64,000 nt of DNA from a virus, in the IMG/VR virus record IMGVR_UViG_3300033149_006612, positions 16,183-80,182 of that record; one strand, given 5' to 3'. Positions 9,955 to 19,001 of the stretch are shown here, one piece after another. The position numbers and the translations under genes were made by a program. Each line of letters starts with the position of its first letter. The stretch's first letter is position 1. Below the pieces are notes generated by a model that ran no database searches, was not told where the DNA came from, and saw only the letters and a program-made list of their open reading frames with translations.

Positions 9955-10598
9955 TGTATCGTCCTCTTCTTCCTGTCGATCAAGGTCTTCTCCAACCGAT
10001 CGATGACGTCTTCCCGGAGTACATTACCCCTCTTTTCGATGAATTCGACCAACCAATCCTCATCCTGATAGGCCAGCCATGTCGGGCTGATGTCCCCGCT
10101 GTTAACGTGCAGCGCTATGACGTCAAAATAATCGTCGGAATCCCTCCGGATCAGGCCGTGTGTAACCATCAGCCGGTCTACCATGGCGTCGGAGGCCTCA
10201 ACGGCCTTCCTCTCCAGCTTTTCGGCGTTGATGACGTCCAGGGTGTCCGCCCTGCCGATGTAACTGATGAACCTATCCACCGCTCCCCCGGTCGCCATGG
10301 CTCCCGGCGGTGGATACGGCAGGTGGAACAACTTGAGACAGGTACTCCGGTTCAACAACTGGAACTGGACCTTAATCCAGTAGTCCGGCTGTACGTCCAG
10401 TTCCAGCACGATGTCCGCGGTCTCCAGGAAGGCGGATCGCTGTCTCTCCACCCAGTTGATCCGGAATTTAGCGTCCGGGACCCTCTTCGACAGATGCCTC
10501 ATATAGGCATACCTCAACCTGTTGGCCATGATCGGTCTTTTAAACTTCTCCATCGCTTTCACGGTATGGCAGATCCCGGGGGGGTGACCGGCTTTCAC
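9951..10598 (-). CDS. Hypothetical protein
   Basis: ORF coupled to the SbcD-like start; start uncertain. Confidence 0.6.
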   Translation of the reverse strand: MKAGHPPGICHTVKAMEKFKRPIMANRLRYAYMRHLSKRVPDAKFRINWVERQRSAFLETADIVLELDVQPDYWIKVQFQLLNRSTCLKLFHLPYPPPGAMATGGAVDRFISYIGRADTLDVINAEKLERKAVEASDAMVDRLMVTHGLIRRDSDDYFDVIALHVNSGDISPTWLAYQDEDWLVEFIEKRGNVLREDVIDRLEKTLIDRKKRTIQ

Positions 10599-10874
10599 GC
10601 GAGGTCGTCCGCGATTTCTCTTTAATCTGACAAATGGCGTCCAATACCTGTCGATGCGTACCTTGCTGTTGTCTCAGCACGGAACAACGCTTAGCGACAG
10701 CAAGACGTGACGGGTCCCTACCCTTCTTCGAAGCCTCCCCCGAAATTCTCCGGGTATACCCTTCTCGTTTAGAGAAGGGTACCCCCCGAGTCAAATTCCC
10801 ATCATTCCGTCCCCCCCACTGCTCCATCCCGTCTCCGGATGAAAGTCGGTCCTCCCCCCGGGATCCGTCGTTGT

Positions 10875-11270
10875 ATGCGTGTATATATAGATTTTGACGG
10901 TACCCTTTTTCAAAGTTTAGACTTCCCGGACCCGGGGAAGCCCGTTCCCGGAGCCGCTGCATTTTTAAAGCGGCTCCGGAGGGAAGGTCACCATATCGTC
11001 ATATATTCAACCAGAGCGACCAAATGCGGCATCAACACCGAAAGGCAACGCCTCAAGCTGCTTAGACTTATGAAGGACGCCCTTGACGAATACGGCATGG
11101 TTTACGATGAGATCTCCGAGGATAAACCCCCGTGGGACATCCTCATCGACGATCGGTGTATCCGGTTTAAAGGTTCCTATGCCGACGTAGCCGATGAGAT
11201 GAAGGAATTTCGCCCCTTGGACTGGTCGGCCTGCGACGGATCGATGGATGACACGTTCAATGTGAGGTAG
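10875..11270 (+). CDS. Minimal HAD-superfamily phosphatase
   Basis: Motif I IDFDGT, motif II IYSTR, C-terminal KP..DILIDDR. Confidence 0.8.
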   Translation: MRVYIDFDGTLFQSLDFPDPGKPVPGAAAFLKRLRREGHHIVIYSTRATKCGINTERQRLKLLRLMKDALDEYGMVYDEISEDKPPWDILIDDRCIRFKGSYADVADEMKEFRPLDWSACDGSMDDTFNVR

Positions 11271-11276
11271 GAAGAG

Positions 11277-12290
11277 ATGGTAAAAAAGGTTACCGATTCG
11301 AAGACCGTCAAGGACATCATGGCCCGGATTGAAAAGAAGTATGGCTCCGGGACGATCTCAACCGGGATGAACTGGAGCATCGATCGGATCTCTACCGGGA
11401 TACTGGCCGTCGATCTCATCACCGGTGGCGGTATCCCGGTTTCGAGGATTACCGAGGTCTTCGGAGATCCGTCAACCGGTAAAACCCTCCTCGCCCTACA
11501 GTGGCTCTCGGTGGTACAGAAGTCCCAAGGGACCGCCGTTTACATCGCTACCGAGGATGACCCGGACCCGGACTGGGCAGCCGGTACCGGTCTTGACGTT
11601 AAAGATCTGATATACATCCGTACGAAATTTCTGGAGGAGATCTACGACATCATCCAACTGATCTGCGAATCCCACCAGAAGGAAAACCCGGATCGATATC
11701 TCGGGATCGTCCTTGACAGCATAGCCAACGCCGAATCGAAGGAGATGATCGATACCGACGTGGCCGACATCGGGAGGACGATGAACCTGGCCCGTGCCAA
11801 GGTCAACGCGGACGGTATGCGCCGGATAGCCAGAATCCTCCCAAAAACCAGAATAGCCGTCTGGATGGTCAACCACATGCAGAAATCGATCGATCCTTAT
11901 GCGTCCATGTTCAACACCCCCGGTGGAACTATGGTTAAGTATAATGCGGCACTCCGGCTGGCCCTATATGGAATCAAACCGGAGGACGCCGGAATCAGGA
12001 TGAGGGTCAAGGTTATAAAATCCAAGATCTGCCCACCCGGTGGAAAGGTTGAAATCATCCAGCTGAGATCGTCCAAGGTCAATTGGTACTCCGGCTTACT
12101 CCCACTGCTCGTCCGGTATGGACACGTTAAGGCATTGGCCGGTGGTTGGTATGAGATGGATGGAAATAGGTTCCAGGCTGGTAAGGCCGACGATCATCTC
12201 GGCTTCGAACGCTTCCTCGGTGATCATCCGGAGATCCTACGGAAGATCTTAAACCTGAAATATATAGAGGGGAGGATGGATGATGACTAA
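11277..12290 (+). CDS. recA: RecA/UvsX-like recombinase
   Basis: ISTGILAVDLITGGGIP, Walker A GDPSTGKT, Walker B VLDSIA, TPGG..KY.A..R. Confidence 0.92.
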   Translation: MVKKVTDSKTVKDIMARIEKKYGSGTISTGMNWSIDRISTGILAVDLITGGGIPVSRITEVFGDPSTGKTLLALQWLSVVQKSQGTAVYIATEDDPDPDWAAGTGLDVKDLIYIRTKFLEEIYDIIQLICESHQKENPDRYLGIVLDSIANAESKEMIDTDVADIGRTMNLARAKVNADGMRRIARILPKTRIAVWMVNHMQKSIDPYASMFNTPGGTMVKYNAALRLALYGIKPEDAGIRMRVKVIKSKICPPGGKVEIIQLRSSKVNWYSGLLPLLVRYGHVKALAGGWYEMDGNRFQAGKADDHLGFERFLGDHPEILRKILNLKYIEGRMDDD

Positions 12291-12765
12291 AAGGAGTACC
12301 CGGAAGGGGGCGAACTTCGAACGGAGGATAGCAAAGATCCTCCGCAACGTGTGGGGAATACCCCTGGAGCGGACGCCGCAGTCCGGCGCATGGGGGAAGA
12401 TGCGGACCAAAGGAGATCTGGTCGCCCCGCCGGAGATGGATTTTAGCCTACACGTCGAGTGTAAAAACCAGGAGGGGTGGAACCTCGATATGCTCTTCAC
12501 CGACAGGGGGAAGATCCTCCAAGACTGGTGGAGGCAATGCACGACACAGGCCGAGGAGGAAAGACGGGAGCCGCTGTTGATCTTCAGTAGGAATCTACGC
12601 CCGGTTTACGTCCGCCTCCTCCCCTCAAGGCCGGACTGGACGGAGGCGATACTCAAGACCGGGGAGACGGTGATGGTGCTGCCGGACGGGTCCTACGTTA
12701 TGACCCTGACGGCGTTCCTCAAGGCGTTCCCGGAAGCCCCGACGGATACTCGACACGACACCTAG
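12280..12765 (+). CDS. Holliday junction resolvase (PD-(D/E)XK, Hjc-like)
   Basis: KGANFER, SGA, GDL, VECKNQE motifs. Confidence 0.8.
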   Translation: MMTKRSTRKGANFERRIAKILRNVWGIPLERTPQSGAWGKMRTKGDLVAPPEMDFSLHVECKNQEGWNLDMLFTDRGKILQDWWRQCTTQAEEERREPLLIFSRNLRPVYVRLLPSRPDWTEAILKTGETVMVLPDGSYVMTLTAFLKAFPEAPTDTRHDT

Positions 12766-12785
12766 GGTGTGTTATACTAAAGGAG

Positions 12786-13394
12786 ATGGAAACCGAGGAG
12801 ATGGTCGGGCTGATAAGGGAGTATAGGGAGAGCGGCTCAAACGAGACCCTGGGTCGACTTTTACTCTACGTCGAAAATCTCTCCAAAAGCATAATCCGGA
12901 AGAAAAAGTGGTATAGGTATGAGGAGGACATGGTACAGGACGTCATGGTCCATTTCATCGAGAAGGATGCCTTTAACTTCATACGCATCGACACGGAGGC
13001 CGAGAGGAAGACCGTACAGCAGGTCATATATAGGATAACTTTCAACCGGATGGTCTCCTACCTCCGGTTGATGCGGCCGCACCAACATCTGAACATTTCC
13101 GACATCTCCTCCGGTCCAAACCGATTTTACTCCCGCACCGACGACAACATCCGCCTAATAGAGCACAGCTTTCTCGACTATCACAAGCTAGACCGGGAGG
13201 AGATGGCAATCGTTAAGTTCTGCTTCGACTGGCTGGACGATCACCACTCCTATATAGGGATGAAGACCGCCCTGGCCGAGTATCTGGGGGTCTCCAAGAC
13301 CAAGGCCAGGCAGATCCTCTACGGCATATTCAGCAAGATGATCCCGGACCCGAATGAAAGTAGACTGAAACGGCGGAATCCGTTTTCAAGATGA
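12786..13394 (+). CDS. Putative phage sigma-70-like factor
   Basis: Region 2-like EEDMVQDVMVHFI...RITFNRMVSYLR and C-terminal HTH ALAEYLGVSKTKARQIL. Confidence 0.65.
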   Translation: METEEMVGLIREYRESGSNETLGRLLLYVENLSKSIIRKKKWYRYEEDMVQDVMVHFIEKDAFNFIRIDTEAERKTVQQVIYRITFNRMVSYLRLMRPHQHLNISDISSGPNRFYSRTDDNIRLIEHSFLDYHKLDREEMAIVKFCFDWLDDHHSYIGMKTALAEYLGVSKTKARQILYGIFSKMIPDPNESRLKRRNPFSR

Positions 13395-14161
13395 AAGCTA
13401 TGGGGAAGGACGTGCCGTCACCGATGAGGATTGTGAGGAAGATCACATGGACGCCGGGTGGGACTACATATGATAGTTGCCCGGAGTGTGGTGGTAGATG
13501 GGCCTCATCCTGTGGATGCCCCATCTTGGAGAAGCAATGTGAAAACGGACACCGGTTTCACCTGTGCGTCATCCACGCCAAGATCGTCTCCGGCCAAGCC
13601 CCCAACCACGGTACGGCATTTAGCTGTCAATGCAAACCTTTAACCGAAGAGGAGACTAAACAGATGGCAGAGAAACATGGCGTCGAGACTAAGAAACTAT
13701 CGTTACAGGAACTCCGGAAGAAGGCTCGGAGAGCGGGGCTCCCCGTATCCGGCGGTAGGGAGACGGTGGAACGTAGATCGGTTGAACATGAACCGAGGAG
13801 GGAAACCTCGCTCCGAAAACCCCCAACTCTTCCCAAACGGGTCACCAGGGATATGATGAGGCCTTACATACCGAAGCTGTCCAAGGCTCAACGGGAGGCG
13901 GTGTCTAAGTTCAGCGTGGTCCTAGATAAGCCCGCCAAGGCGCTTCGGAAATATGAGGTCAGCGATTATCTCGCCCTATACCTCCATCGGGACGTTCAGA
14001 CCAGAAAACAGGTCGGTGCCATAGCCAAAAAGATCGGCCTGGATGCGGAAAAGATCGAGCGGTATCTTGCGCTTGAGGATGAAGGACTGGCCAGGATGAA
14101 TTTTGCCAATACGCTTCGGAAGATCCTCACCGACAAGGCCGAGGATGAGGGTATTGATTAG
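13391..14161 (+). CDS. Hypothetical protein: Cys-rich N-terminal domain plus basic C-terminal region
   Basis: CPECG..SCGC..CENGH.FHLC..H..CQC; in-frame internal GAGGAG/ATG at 13664. Confidence 0.6.
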   Translation: MKAMGKDVPSPMRIVRKITWTPGGTTYDSCPECGGRWASSCGCPILEKQCENGHRFHLCVIHAKIVSGQAPNHGTAFSCQCKPLTEEETKQMAEKHGVETKKLSLQELRKKARRAGLPVSGGRETVERRSVEHEPRRETSLRKPPTLPKRVTRDMMRPYIPKLSKAQREAVSKFSVVLDKPAKALRKYEVSDYLALYLHRDVQTRKQVGAIAKKIGLDAEKIERYLALEDEGLARMNFANTLRKILTDKAEDEGID

Positions 14162-16744
14162 ATGAAGTACTGTAAATCATGCCCCAGGGCGGATGACCCC
14201 CTGGTCAATCCGGTACCTGGATTCCATCTACAACCGTCCAGCCGGGAGACTGCCAGAGTTATGATAATTCTGGAGTCTCCCACCCATATCCAAGTCGAAC
14301 ACGGTGATCCCCTGATGGACCGGGACTCGATCGATGACCCGGAAGCCGTCGAGGATATAGGTGCCATAATAGTTCAGCTGGAACGATGGAAGATCGACCC
14401 CTCCGAGGTTTTCATCACCTACCTTCAACGCTGTAAACCGCCTAAGTTCTCAAAAATCCAGGCCACCGAGTGTTATAAAACCCACGTCATGCCCGAGATT
14501 GAAACGGTCCGACCGGAGATCCTGATGCTGATCGGGAACAACGTCCTGTATACCATAACGGGTAGTAGAGGGATCCTGGCCAAACACGGTACTGTAATCA
14601 GGGTCGAAGGCTCCGACACCGTCCTCCTGCCCTGTATAGCTCCGAGTTACGTCCGTGCCATGGACGGCAGGCGACGGGAGGATGCCCAGCGGATGTGGGT
14701 CCAGGCGTTCCAGAGGTTGGCCGGTCTCCTCTCCGGGAGCGACGACGATGTAAATCAGAACTATCATATAGTCACGGGTCGCGACCGATCCCAATTGAAA
14801 GAACTGGAACGATACCTACTCGATCATGACTTCCATATGTTCGACCTGGAAACCTGGCCGTTGAAGCCTTGGGCTGAAGGGGCTCAGATACTGACCGCCG
14901 CCTGGTCCGCCTTTGAAGGTGAAGGTTGGGCAGTGGCATATGATCATCCCGAGGCCACCTGGACCTCCAAGGACAGGCGGTGGCTTAAGGACATGATCAA
15001 GGCATGGGCATCGGACAGGGATAAATTAAAAGGCGCAGCCAACGCCAAGTTTGAAATCATCTGGGTTCGGGAGATCCTCGGGGTAGAGCTGGAATCGGTC
15101 GTCGTTGACCCGATCGTGCTGGACTATCTTGATGATGAGAATCGCGACCACGACGTCGGAGCTATGGCCTGGAGGTATACCGATCTCGGCGGATACGACG
15201 CCTGCATGCGGGACTTTCGATATAGGGGTAAGGACGGCAGGGAGCAGCCCGACTACAGGAGAGCCCCGCTCGATCTGCTGGCCCGATATAACGTCACCGA
15301 TACGGACGTCGAGATCCGATCCATGAATGTCTTGATAGACAGGCTGGATGCCACATTAAAGAGAGTTCACGATGAGATACTGATCCCGGTTGCCTACACC
15401 CTGGCTACGGTAGAGAAGAACGGCTGGACCGTGGACATAGATCAGGCAATCAAGATATATGAGAAGTATGATCAGAAGTTGAAGGATCTACATGAGGAGC
15501 TCCGGGAAGACCCGGTCTTCCGACAGTTCGAGGAGGACCAGGGTAAACCGTTCAACTTTGACTCCTTCCCGCAAAAGGTGAAGCTCTTTTTCGGATGGGA
15601 CCCGAAGAAACACAGGAAATTCGATGACGCACAGAACCGGTATTTCGATTTCCCGATCGACTTTAACTTCATGACTAAAGCCCGGCATCCGTCCACCGAT
15701 AAGAACTGGCGTGCCGCCAACAAACACCACCAATTCGTGTCCGTCTATGATAGGTACATGAAGGCCTGGGGGCTGATGAAAGGATTCCTTAAGCCTCTGC
15801 CGGACTACATCGACAACAAGGACCGGCGGATCCACACCGACTACAACGCCGCGAAGGTGGTCTCCGGGAGACTGTCCTCCACCAACCCCAACACGCAGAA
15901 CTTCCCCGATGATAAGGAATTCTGGAGCATATTTATCTCTCGGTGGGGAAAACGAGGTGGAAGGTTCGTTAAAGCCGACTATTCCCAGGTGGAACTCCGC
16001 GTATTGGCCTGGCTGTCCAACGATCAGCCGATGATCCAGACGTTCAAAAACGGGATAGACATCCACATCCAAACCACGAAGGAATTCTTGGTTATCTCCG
16101 ACGAACAGTGGAACGCCTGGGACGATAAAACCCGGCACTATAAGCGGCAATGGGGGAAGAGGATGAACTTTGCCGTGGCCAATGACCGTGGCGCACATCA
16201 CCTGGCCCTGGATCTCACCTCCCTTCAGAGGGAGGTATCCGGAGATTGGAGCCTGGTCGTTACGGATGAGGAGGCCCAGGAATATATCGATCGCTGGTAT
16301 GCCCCCCATGAAGCCATCCTCGCCTGGAAGGAGGCCGAAATCGCTAAAGCCAGGGAGGTCGGCTACGTTGAATCCCCTCAAGGTTACCGGCGACGGGCAC
16401 CGGACGTCAATAACAGGTATGACAGCCATAAACGACTGGCTGCCGAACGCACCCTGATCTCGTTCCTCATGCAGAGCACGGCCGGGGTGATTACGCTGAT
16501 CGCCAAAACCCGAATCCAAGAGCTGATCACGGAAGGAAACTTTAAATCCAAGATCTGTGGGAGTGTGTACGACAGCATCATCCTCGATATAAGGATGGAC
16601 GAACTGGACGTCCTGTGCAGTCAAATCCCCGACCTGATGCGCCAGGTCGGTGTTGACTACGGCTGCCCGGTTCCGCTGGCCGTGGATCTGGAGATAGGCG
16701 AAGACGGGGGGAGCCTGGTGGCATATGATGAGGTCCCGTTTTAA
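14162..16744 (+). CDS. Family A DNA polymerase with N-terminal UDG-like domain and 3'-5' exonuclease
   Basis: N-terminal CxxC...VMIILESP...RCKPP...C (family-4 UDG-like); exo motifs DLET, NAKFE, YNVTD; SGRLSSTNPNTQNFP, motif A DYSQVELR, motif B RQWGKRMNF, motif C VYDS. Confidence 0.93.
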   Translation: MKYCKSCPRADDPLVNPVPGFHLQPSSRETARVMIILESPTHIQVEHGDPLMDRDSIDDPEAVEDIGAIIVQLERWKIDPSEVFITYLQRCKPPKFSKIQATECYKTHVMPEIETVRPEILMLIGNNVLYTITGSRGILAKHGTVIRVEGSDTVLLPCIAPSYVRAMDGRRREDAQRMWVQAFQRLAGLLSGSDDDVNQNYHIVTGRDRSQLKELERYLLDHDFHMFDLETWPLKPWAEGAQILTAAWSAFEGEGWAVAYDHPEATWTSKDRRWLKDMIKAWASDRDKLKGAANAKFEIIWVREILGVELESVVVDPIVLDYLDDENRDHDVGAMAWRYTDLGGYDACMRDFRYRGKDGREQPDYRRAPLDLLARYNVTDTDVEIRSMNVLIDRLDATLKRVHDEILIPVAYTLATVEKNGWTVDIDQAIKIYEKYDQKLKDLHEELREDPVFRQFEEDQGKPFNFDSFPQKVKLFFGWDPKKHRKFDDAQNRYFDFPIDFNFMTKARHPSTDKNWRAANKHHQFVSVYDRYMKAWGLMKGFLKPLPDYIDNKDRRIHTDYNAAKVVSGRLSSTNPNTQNFPDDKEFWSIFISRWGKRGGRFVKADYSQVELRVLAWLSNDQPMIQTFKNGIDIHIQTTKEFLVISDEQWNAWDDKTRHYKRQWGKRMNFAVANDRGAHHLALDLTSLQREVSGDWSLVVTDEEAQEYIDRWYAPHEAILAWKEAEIAKAREVGYVESPQGYRRRAPDVNNRYDSHKRLAAERTLISFLMQSTAGVITLIAKTRIQELITEGNFKSKICGSVYDSIILDIRMDELDVLCSQIPDLMRQVGVDYGCPVPLAVDLEIGEDGGSLVAYDEVPF

Positions 16745-16821
16745 CCGTGGAGGAGACGCTAAATTTATATACCCTCCCGTACACGGGAGGGCATCTTCCG
16801 AGGCAAAAGGAGCTATACGAG

Positions 16822-17073
16822 ATGACATCAGAGAACAAAGATGAGGTACGGAGACAGTCTACACTACCCGATCGGGCGTGGTTTTCCTTCGGTCTAACCG
16901 CCAAGATGGGTGATCCGGGCGATCCCGACACCCGGAACTACTGCAGGATAGATGCCGGGTACGCCAGGGATCTGAAGCCCGGGGAGACGTTCCAAAAGGC
17001 GGTGGACGACATCAGTCGCGACGTGGTGGCCGAGATCTTGTCCTCATTGGACGGTCTGGGGGTCAAACTATGA
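16822..17073 (+). CDS. Hypothetical protein
   Basis: AAGGAG before ATG 16822. Confidence 0.6.
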   Translation: MTSENKDEVRRQSTLPDRAWFSFGLTAKMGDPGDPDTRNYCRIDAGYARDLKPGETFQKAVDDISRDVVAEILSSLDGLGVKL

Positions 17074-17519
17074 ACATCATGAAGATTGAAATCTCCCTCG
17101 ACGGCGATACGGTTGAGCGGGACCTGAATCGGGAGATGGACATCATACCGGAGAACCTGGACGACGAGATGCGGGCATTCCCCGGTTTACTGTGTTGGTG
17201 GAGTCTCCTGGCCGCCCGGGCCAAGGCCGAGCGGGAGACGATCGAAAAGGAGATCAAGGCCCTGGAGGCCGATCTTGATCTGGAACTCAGGAATCCACGC
17301 CACGTCAAGATGCTCCAGGATGAAGGTTACCGGGTTACCGAGAGTATGATTGCCAGCAGGATTCGATCCTCCGAATCGTGGCGAGCTTTAAATAAGAGAT
17401 GGTCCGATGCCCGATCGAGGGAATTAAAGCTTGACGGGGTAGTAAGGTCTCTGGAGGCCAAACACACCCTGATCATCCAGATGAACGCCGACAGACGGCA
17501 GGAACGGAGGATCGGTTAA
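17070..17519 (+). CDS. UvsY-like recombination mediator (helical)
   Basis: All-helical, RVTESMIASRI motif, located between polymerase and SSB. Confidence 0.55.
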   Translation: MNIMKIEISLDGDTVERDLNREMDIIPENLDDEMRAFPGLLCWWSLLAARAKAERETIEKEIKALEADLDLELRNPRHVKMLQDEGYRVTESMIASRIRSSESWRALNKRWSDARSRELKLDGVVRSLEAKHTLIIQMNADRRQERRIG

Positions 17520-17578
17520 CAGGGATGGAGGAAAAACCTGAACTCAGTACCGAGATCGATACAGCGGTTAAGAGTTAA

Positions 17579-17710
17579 GACGGCACCGGCATCCGCGACG
17601 GGTAGGAGTCCGGGACGGTTACGGCGAAAGCCGGTCACCCCCCCGGGATCCGTCGATGGAGGCAGACCCGGCGTATGCCCATAATGCGGTGCGGCCGCCG
17701 CTGCCGACGT
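17579..17710 (+). ncRNA. Candidate structured RNA in the SSB leader
   Basis: Nested helices CGGCA/TGCCG, CGGC/GCCG, CGACGG/CCGTCG, CCGGG/CCCGG and a GGC-GAAA-GCC tetraloop hairpin in a non-coding gap. Confidence 0.45.
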
Positions 17711-17747
17711 TTAAACGTTAACAGACAAACGGAAAAGGAGAAGGAAA

Positions 17748-18950
17748 ATGGTAGATATGGCCGCCATCCGTCGTCGCTACGACGAGATGCAGAGGAAACA
17801 ACGCGCGTCTTCAATCTGGAGACCGGCAGAAGGTGAGAATCTGATAAGGATCATCCCGTGGACCCATAAAGGGGTAGAATTCTTCTACCTTCAGTCGGCT
17901 CAGCATTTCTACGTCCGGCCGGATAAGGTGCCGGTCGAATGCCGGACGGGTCTTCTCGGTGAAGACTGCCCGATCTGCACCAGGCTGGAAATGGACCTTG
18001 AAGATCCGGAGACGGGGGAATCCGAACTCACCCGCATCAAGCGGATGCTGGCACGCGACGTCTATTACTTCAACATCTTCGACTGGCTCGCCTGGGAGGA
18101 ATGGCAAAAACTCAGCAGGAGTGAAAGGAGCAACGAAACCAAACCCGGATGTGAAATCTTCCCATGCCCCCCCGGCCTGGCCAGGGACATCTTCCAGAAA
18201 ATCCAGAATGAGAGGCTGTACCCGAATTTCTTCGATCTAGAAGACGGCTGTGATCTGTACATCCAGAACAGCGGTGAAGGATTCAACCGCTACACCCTGG
18301 ACATCCCACCGCAGCGAACCGCGGTTCCCAAACACGTCCTCGGGGAGGCGAAAAACCTGTTCACCTATGTTAAAGCTCCGTCTGAAGCCTGGGTGGAGGA
18401 ATTGATCACCAGGAACATCCGGGACATCAAGGATCTGAAGGAGGAATACCGCGGCGTTAACCGGATCGAGGTTCTGGGTGACATCGATGAAAGACCCGAA
18501 AACTGGCTCCTCTATTACTCCCCCGAAGAATCCACAAAATCCGCTGAGGGAAAGGCCGTCAATAAGGGGAGGAAAAAGAAAAAGGACAAAGGGAAGAGTG
18601 GCCTGGCCGCGCTCCGCTCAAAGATGGAGGGGAAGGAAGAAGGCGGAGGGAAAAAGCCTAAAAAGGAGGGATTTAAACGATCACCGATGACCGAGGATGA
18701 TGAAGACGTCCCCCGTTGCTGTGGGACCGATGAGACACCCGGTCACTGGGAGGAGGGATGTTCAGACTGCATCGCCTGTGTGGCCGAGGATGTCTGCCGC
18801 CATTTCACCGAGGGTCACAGGACCGTTACCAGGATCGCGAATGAGACGGAAACGAAGGCTGAGGAGGACAGCCCCCACCTCCGTGGCGTACAGGAACCCA
18901 CACCTGAGGAGAGTCCCCTAGACAGGCTTCGTAGGTTTAAACGGAAATGA
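17748..18950 (+). CDS. Single-stranded DNA-binding protein (T4 gp32-like)
   Basis: WRPAEGENLIRIIP, H...C...CPIC zinc motif, YYFNI, DLEDGCDLYI; charged C-terminal tail. Confidence 0.75.
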   Translation: MVDMAAIRRRYDEMQRKQRASSIWRPAEGENLIRIIPWTHKGVEFFYLQSAQHFYVRPDKVPVECRTGLLGEDCPICTRLEMDLEDPETGESELTRIKRMLARDVYYFNIFDWLAWEEWQKLSRSERSNETKPGCEIFPCPPGLARDIFQKIQNERLYPNFFDLEDGCDLYIQNSGEGFNRYTLDIPPQRTAVPKHVLGEAKNLFTYVKAPSEAWVEELITRNIRDIKDLKEEYRGVNRIEVLGDIDERPENWLLYYSPEESTKSAEGKAVNKGRKKKKDKGKSGLAALRSKMEGKEEGGGKKPKKEGFKRSPMTEDDEDVPRCCGTDETPGHWEEGCSDCIACVAEDVCRHFTEGHRTVTRIANETETKAEEDSPHLRGVQEPTPEESPLDRLRRFKRK

Positions 18951-19001
18951 GCGACAGCACCGGCAACGGAAGGTTAAAACAAATCGTCAAGGAGATTAAA
19001 A

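Noticed and set aside
15488-16828. Long antisense ORFs (also 7755-8411, 27790-28401, 49523-50449, 59913-60704)
   Set aside because: Shadows of well-supported genes in GC-rich DNA; no motifs or RBS
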